Part shown: positions 59,900-64,000 of the stretch, in pieces
How positions within the stretch are numbered: position 1 is the first letter of the stretch
How the letters are laid out: each line of letters opens with the position of its first letter
Source of the DNA: Macrostomum lignano
Taxonomy: Eukaryota
DNA length: 64,000 nucleotides
Reading direction: 5' to 3'
Assembly (NCBI GenBank): GCA_002269645.1
Contig: NIVC01000701.1
Span: 126,176 to 190,175 of the forward strand
Position numbers and translations under genes: made by a program
Notes under the pieces: generated by a model
The model's database searches: none
Told to the model about the DNA's origin: nothing
Seen by the model: the letters and a program-made list of their open reading frames with translations, nothing else

Positions 59900-62800
59900 A
59901 TGGGCACTGAGAACAGCAAGGTGATGCACCATTCGCAGCATCATCCAGAAGCGGCTGGCGCTGCCGGCGGTGCCGCTCCACCCGTTGTCACCACTGCGGG
60001 CGCTGTCGCCGCTTTACACGGGGTGTCCGCATCTGCAGCGCATCATCATCATCATCATCCGCCGCCGCCGCCTCAACAGCAGCATCATCCTCCGCCGCCG
60101 CCTCCGTCGCAGCCACTACCATCTGGAGCTAGACCTTCAACACTGCATGTGAAAGCTCCGCCTGCTCAGCAGCAGCATCATCACCACCATCATCCGGCTG
60201 CGATGGGCGCGGCTGCCGCTTCATCAACAAGCGGAACTGTGCCCGGCTACGCCACCACTATGATAACGCCCGACACGCCCAAGAAGGACCGGGTCCCCGA
60301 CCCCTATCGGTACGCCATGGACAGGCGGCAGTCTGACAAGCCGCGTATTCAGCTCATTCAACAGCGACACGATCCGCCTGGGGCGGGCAGGCAGAAGGGC
60401 GAGCTGTATCATCCTCAGGTGCGTATATCTTCAGCCTATATCAATAAAAATATTAGAAGTGTCTGCTAAATCTAAGATTTGGTTTCTGCAGAATCATTCA
60501 TCTGGTTTCTATAGAATCATTGAAATGGTTTCTGTGGAATCATTGAGATGGTTTCTGTGGAATCATTAAGATGGTTTCTGTGGAATCATTGAGATGGTTT
60601 CTGTGGGATCATTGAGATGGTTTCTGTGGAATCATTGAGATGGTTTCTGTGGAATCATTGAGATGGTTTCTGTGGAATCATTGAGATGGTTTCTGTGGAA
60701 TCATTGAGATGGTTTCTGTGGAATCATTGAGATGGTTTCTGTGGAATCATTGAGATGGTTTCTGTGGAATCATTGAGATGGTTTCTGTGGAATCATTGAG
60801 ATGGTTTCTGTGGAATCATTGAGATGGTTTCTGTGGAATCATTGAGATGGTTTCTGTGGATCATTGAGATGGTTTCTGTGGAATCATTGAGATGGTTTCT
60901 GTGGAATCATTGAGATGGTTTCTGTGGAATCATTGAATGGTTTCTGTGGAATCATTGAGATGGTTTCTGTGGAATCATTGAATGGTTTCTGTGGAATCAT
61001 TGAGATGGTTTCTGTGGAATCATTGGATGGTTTCTGTGGAATCATTGAGATGGTTTCTGTGGAATCATTGGATGGTTTCTGTGGAATCATTGAGATGGTT
61101 TCTGTGGATCATTGGATGGTTTCTGTGGATCATTGAGATGGTTTCTGTGGAATCATTGGATGGTTTCTGTGGAATCATTGAGATGGTTTCTGTGGAATCA
61201 TTGGATGGTTTCTGTGGAATCATTGAGATGGTTTCTGTGGATCATTGAGATGGTTTCTGTGGAATCATTGAGATGGTTTCTGTGGATCATTGGATGGTTT
61301 CTGTGGATCATTGAGATGGTTTCTGTGGATCATTGGATGGTTTCTGTGGAATCATTGAGATGGTTTCTGTGGAATCATTGAGATGGTTTCTGTGGAATCA
61401 TTGAGATGGTTTCTGTGGATCATTGAGATGGTTTCTGTGGAATCATTGAGATGGTTTCTGTGGAATCATTGAGATGGTTTCTGTGGAATCATTAGATGGT
61501 TTCTGTGGAATCATTGGATGGTTTCTGTGGAATCATTGGATGGTTTTGTGGATCATTGAGATGGTTTCTGTGGAATCATTGAGATGGTTTCTGTGGAATC
61601 ATTGAGATGGTTTCTGTGGAATCATTGGATGGTTTCTGTGGAATCATTGAGATGGTTTCTGTGGAATCATTGAGATGGTTTCTGTGGAATCATTGAGATG
61701 GTTTCTGTGGAATCATTGAGATGGTTTCTGTGGAATCATTGAGATGGTTTCTGTGGAATCATTGAGATGGTTTCTGTGGAATCATTGAGATGGTTTCTGT
61801 GGAACCATTGAGATGGTTTCTGTGGAATCATTGGGATGGTTTCTGTGGAATCATTGAGATGGTTTCTGTGAAATCATTGAGATGGTTTCTGTGGAATCAT
61901 TGAGATCGTTTCTTCAGGGTGTTTAAAAACGGAATTTTCAAAACGCTTATAAAAGAAAACGAAAATGGTTGTTGCTGAGGAACAACCATTCTAAAGATGG
62001 TTTCTAAAAAAATTTCAAAATGAACTCAAATATTTAGAAGCAAGCCAAGCGTCTTCGCTATGGTTTCCAGCGGACGCTAGTGATGAGTTCAGAGAATGAT
62101 TTTCAATTGCACTACCCACAATCGCACTATCGCAGGTGGAGGCCATCAGCCCAGCTCCCGAGGACGCCCGCAACGAGCAAAAGCTGCAAAAAGAAAAGAA
62201 CGATGTCGGACAGAAGCTGATCAACATCGAATCGGAGATAAAAAGCACAGTTGATCAGCTGGCAGCCAAGACTTCCGAGCTGGAGAAGCTGCAGTTGAAG
62301 GCGCGCCAAGGCGAAACCGAGGAAGGCCGCCGTCGCGAAGAGGAAGAGCTGGCCCAGCGCCTGGTGAACCCCTTCGCCGCCGTGCTGGCCGACAATCGTC
62401 GCAAAGCTCGCGACAGTCATCGTCAGATTGCCGAGACTGCCGGCCGCGGCCTGCTAGATCGGCCAGACCGTGGCGGCCCGGACAGTTTCTTCCGAGTGCT
62501 GCCGCTCTACAATCAACCGTCCGACGTGCCGGCGATTCGCGATCAGGAGCTGCGCCACCAGGAGTTCAAGCCCCGACTAATTCACCACATTCGCCGGCTG
62601 GTGCTGGCCAACGCGCACAGGGAGCGGCACCTGCGGGAGAACTACGACCAGCTGCAGCGGCAGTGGACCCGCCGGCTAGAGCGGCTAGGCAATAGCGCTA
62701 AGCGCAAACAGCGCGACGCTAAATCGCGCGACTATTTTGAGAAATACTTCCCCGAGGTGCGCAAAAGTCGCGAAGAGAAGGAGCGAATGGAACGCTTCTA

Positions 62801-64000
62801 CGCCCAGCCGGCCGCCCGAAGCGAGGCCGAAGTCAACGAGATGGTTGACACGATTAAGAATGCCCGTGAAGAGGAAGAGCGGATGAAGAGTTTAGCCGTG
62901 CTGCCGCCTATGCTGTTGCCGCCATGGGAACGGCGTCGCTTGGTTGCTAATAGCAACGGACTAGTTCGAGGCGATCCCGTGCAACTGTGGAACGCCGATC
63001 AGGACCTGTCATTCAGATGGCTGCCGCACGAGAGGGCCACGTTCAAGGAAAAGTTCCTGTTGTATGGAAAAAATTTCGGAGCGATTGCCGCCTTTCTGGA
63101 GAACAAATCCGTGCCGGATTGCGTGCAGTTCTACTATCTGACCAAGAAGAAGGAAGCCTACAAGCAGCTGTATAAGAAGCACAATATTCGCCGGCGGAAA
63201 GTCATCGAAGCCAACCGAACTGGAGGCGGTGCATCCTCGGCCGCCCCCGCGGCTGCTGCTTCCGCCTCCGCGGCAAATCCCACTGTCGCCGTTTCGAATG
63301 CCGACGGGACCAATTCGGAGCCGTCAGTCTCACCGCAGCCCGGCCAGCAGGAGTCGCCACCTTCGTCTACGCCTCCCCTGCCGCCGCCGCCGCCACAGCA
63401 GCAGCAGCAGCAGCAGCAGCAGCCGCCTCAGCAGCAAGCAAAACAGACGCCGCATTCGACACCGCCGCATCGGTCGCCGCTGCGGCCGCCCAGCGCCAGC
63501 CGCCAGTCCTCCAGTCCGCTGGCTCCAACAGCGACTCTCAATCCGCCATCCGCTGCCGCCGCAGCCGCCGCTTCCTCGTCACCTGGCGGCAACAGCAGTC
63601 TCGGCGGCCGGTTGACGGCGTTGTCCCGATGCCGGCCGCGTCAATGGGCGCGTCAGTCGCGAGGATCGCCGCAGAAGTCAATCAAGATTTGATTAATATA
63701 ACAATAGAAGAATCTCACAACAGTTTCGGGACCGCCGCCTCCAGCCTCGCAGCAGCTGCCAGCCAGCCTGATTGTGTCCAGGCCTTATCCAGTACAGCAA
63801 CCGTCGCAGCCAGCCTCCGTTGTACGAAACTCGTCGTCTTCTCCAAAAATGCCAATGAATCGATTTGATTACTCAGCCTCGGCAGCGCAACAACAAGCCG
63901 CCGCAGCCGCAGACATGATGCGGCACCGACAAAAGCAGCAGCAGCAGCCCACCCCGCCGCTGGTTAAGACGGCGCCTCCTCCGCACCCGCCTCCGCCCCC
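59900..64000 (+). CDS. NCOR: Nuclear receptor corepressor (NCoR/SMRT/SMRTER family), 5' part; continues beyond window
   Basis: Exon 59900-60418 (His/Pro/Gln-rich) splices in phase 0 to an exon starting at 62136. That exon contains the GPS2-binding-type region (LPLYNQPSD, YDQLQRQW, RDYFEKYFPEVRK, ARSEAEV, LAVLPPML) and a SANT domain (WLPHERATFKEKFLLYGKNFGAIAAFLENKSVPDCVQFYYLTKK). Probable intron 63611-63781, then coding to the window end. Confidence 0.9.
60480..61910. repeat. 23-bp minisatellite GAGATGGTTTCTGTGGAATCATT (NCoR intron 1)
   Basis: About 60 units filling the intron. Confidence 0.97.

Overview
Eukaryotic (metazoan) genomic DNA, most likely a free-living flatworm such as Macrostomum. 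This is inferred from the flatworm-type paramyosin, the minisatellite-filled introns and the polyQ/A-rich proteins. Five intron-containing genes could be reconstructed by hand: TRAPPC11 (minus, 15 coding exons, 7183-20115), flower/CACFD1 (minus, 5 exons, 24999-28532), a divergent DEG/ENaC channel (plus, 32236-35243), paramyosin (minus, 7 exons, 37531-42034) and the 5' part of an NCoR/SMRT corepressor (plus, from 59900, running off the window). About twenty unrelated tandem arrays explain nearly all the long low-complexity ORFs in the track. Mobile DNA includes a Penelope-like retroelement inserted as a 1464-bp head-to-head palindrome with a 12-bp TSD and hammerhead-like motifs, tRNA-derived SINEs, MITEs/foldbacks, a Helitron-type 3' end and a mariner fossil. 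The most unusual signal is a set of sharply bounded domains (about 1-2250, 27100-28740, 54050-59810) that are almost free of CpG. Internal comparisons (TIR arms, repeat copies, fossil codons, one host exon) point to regional C-to-T/G-to-A hypermutation, resembling RIP or heavy methylation-driven decay.
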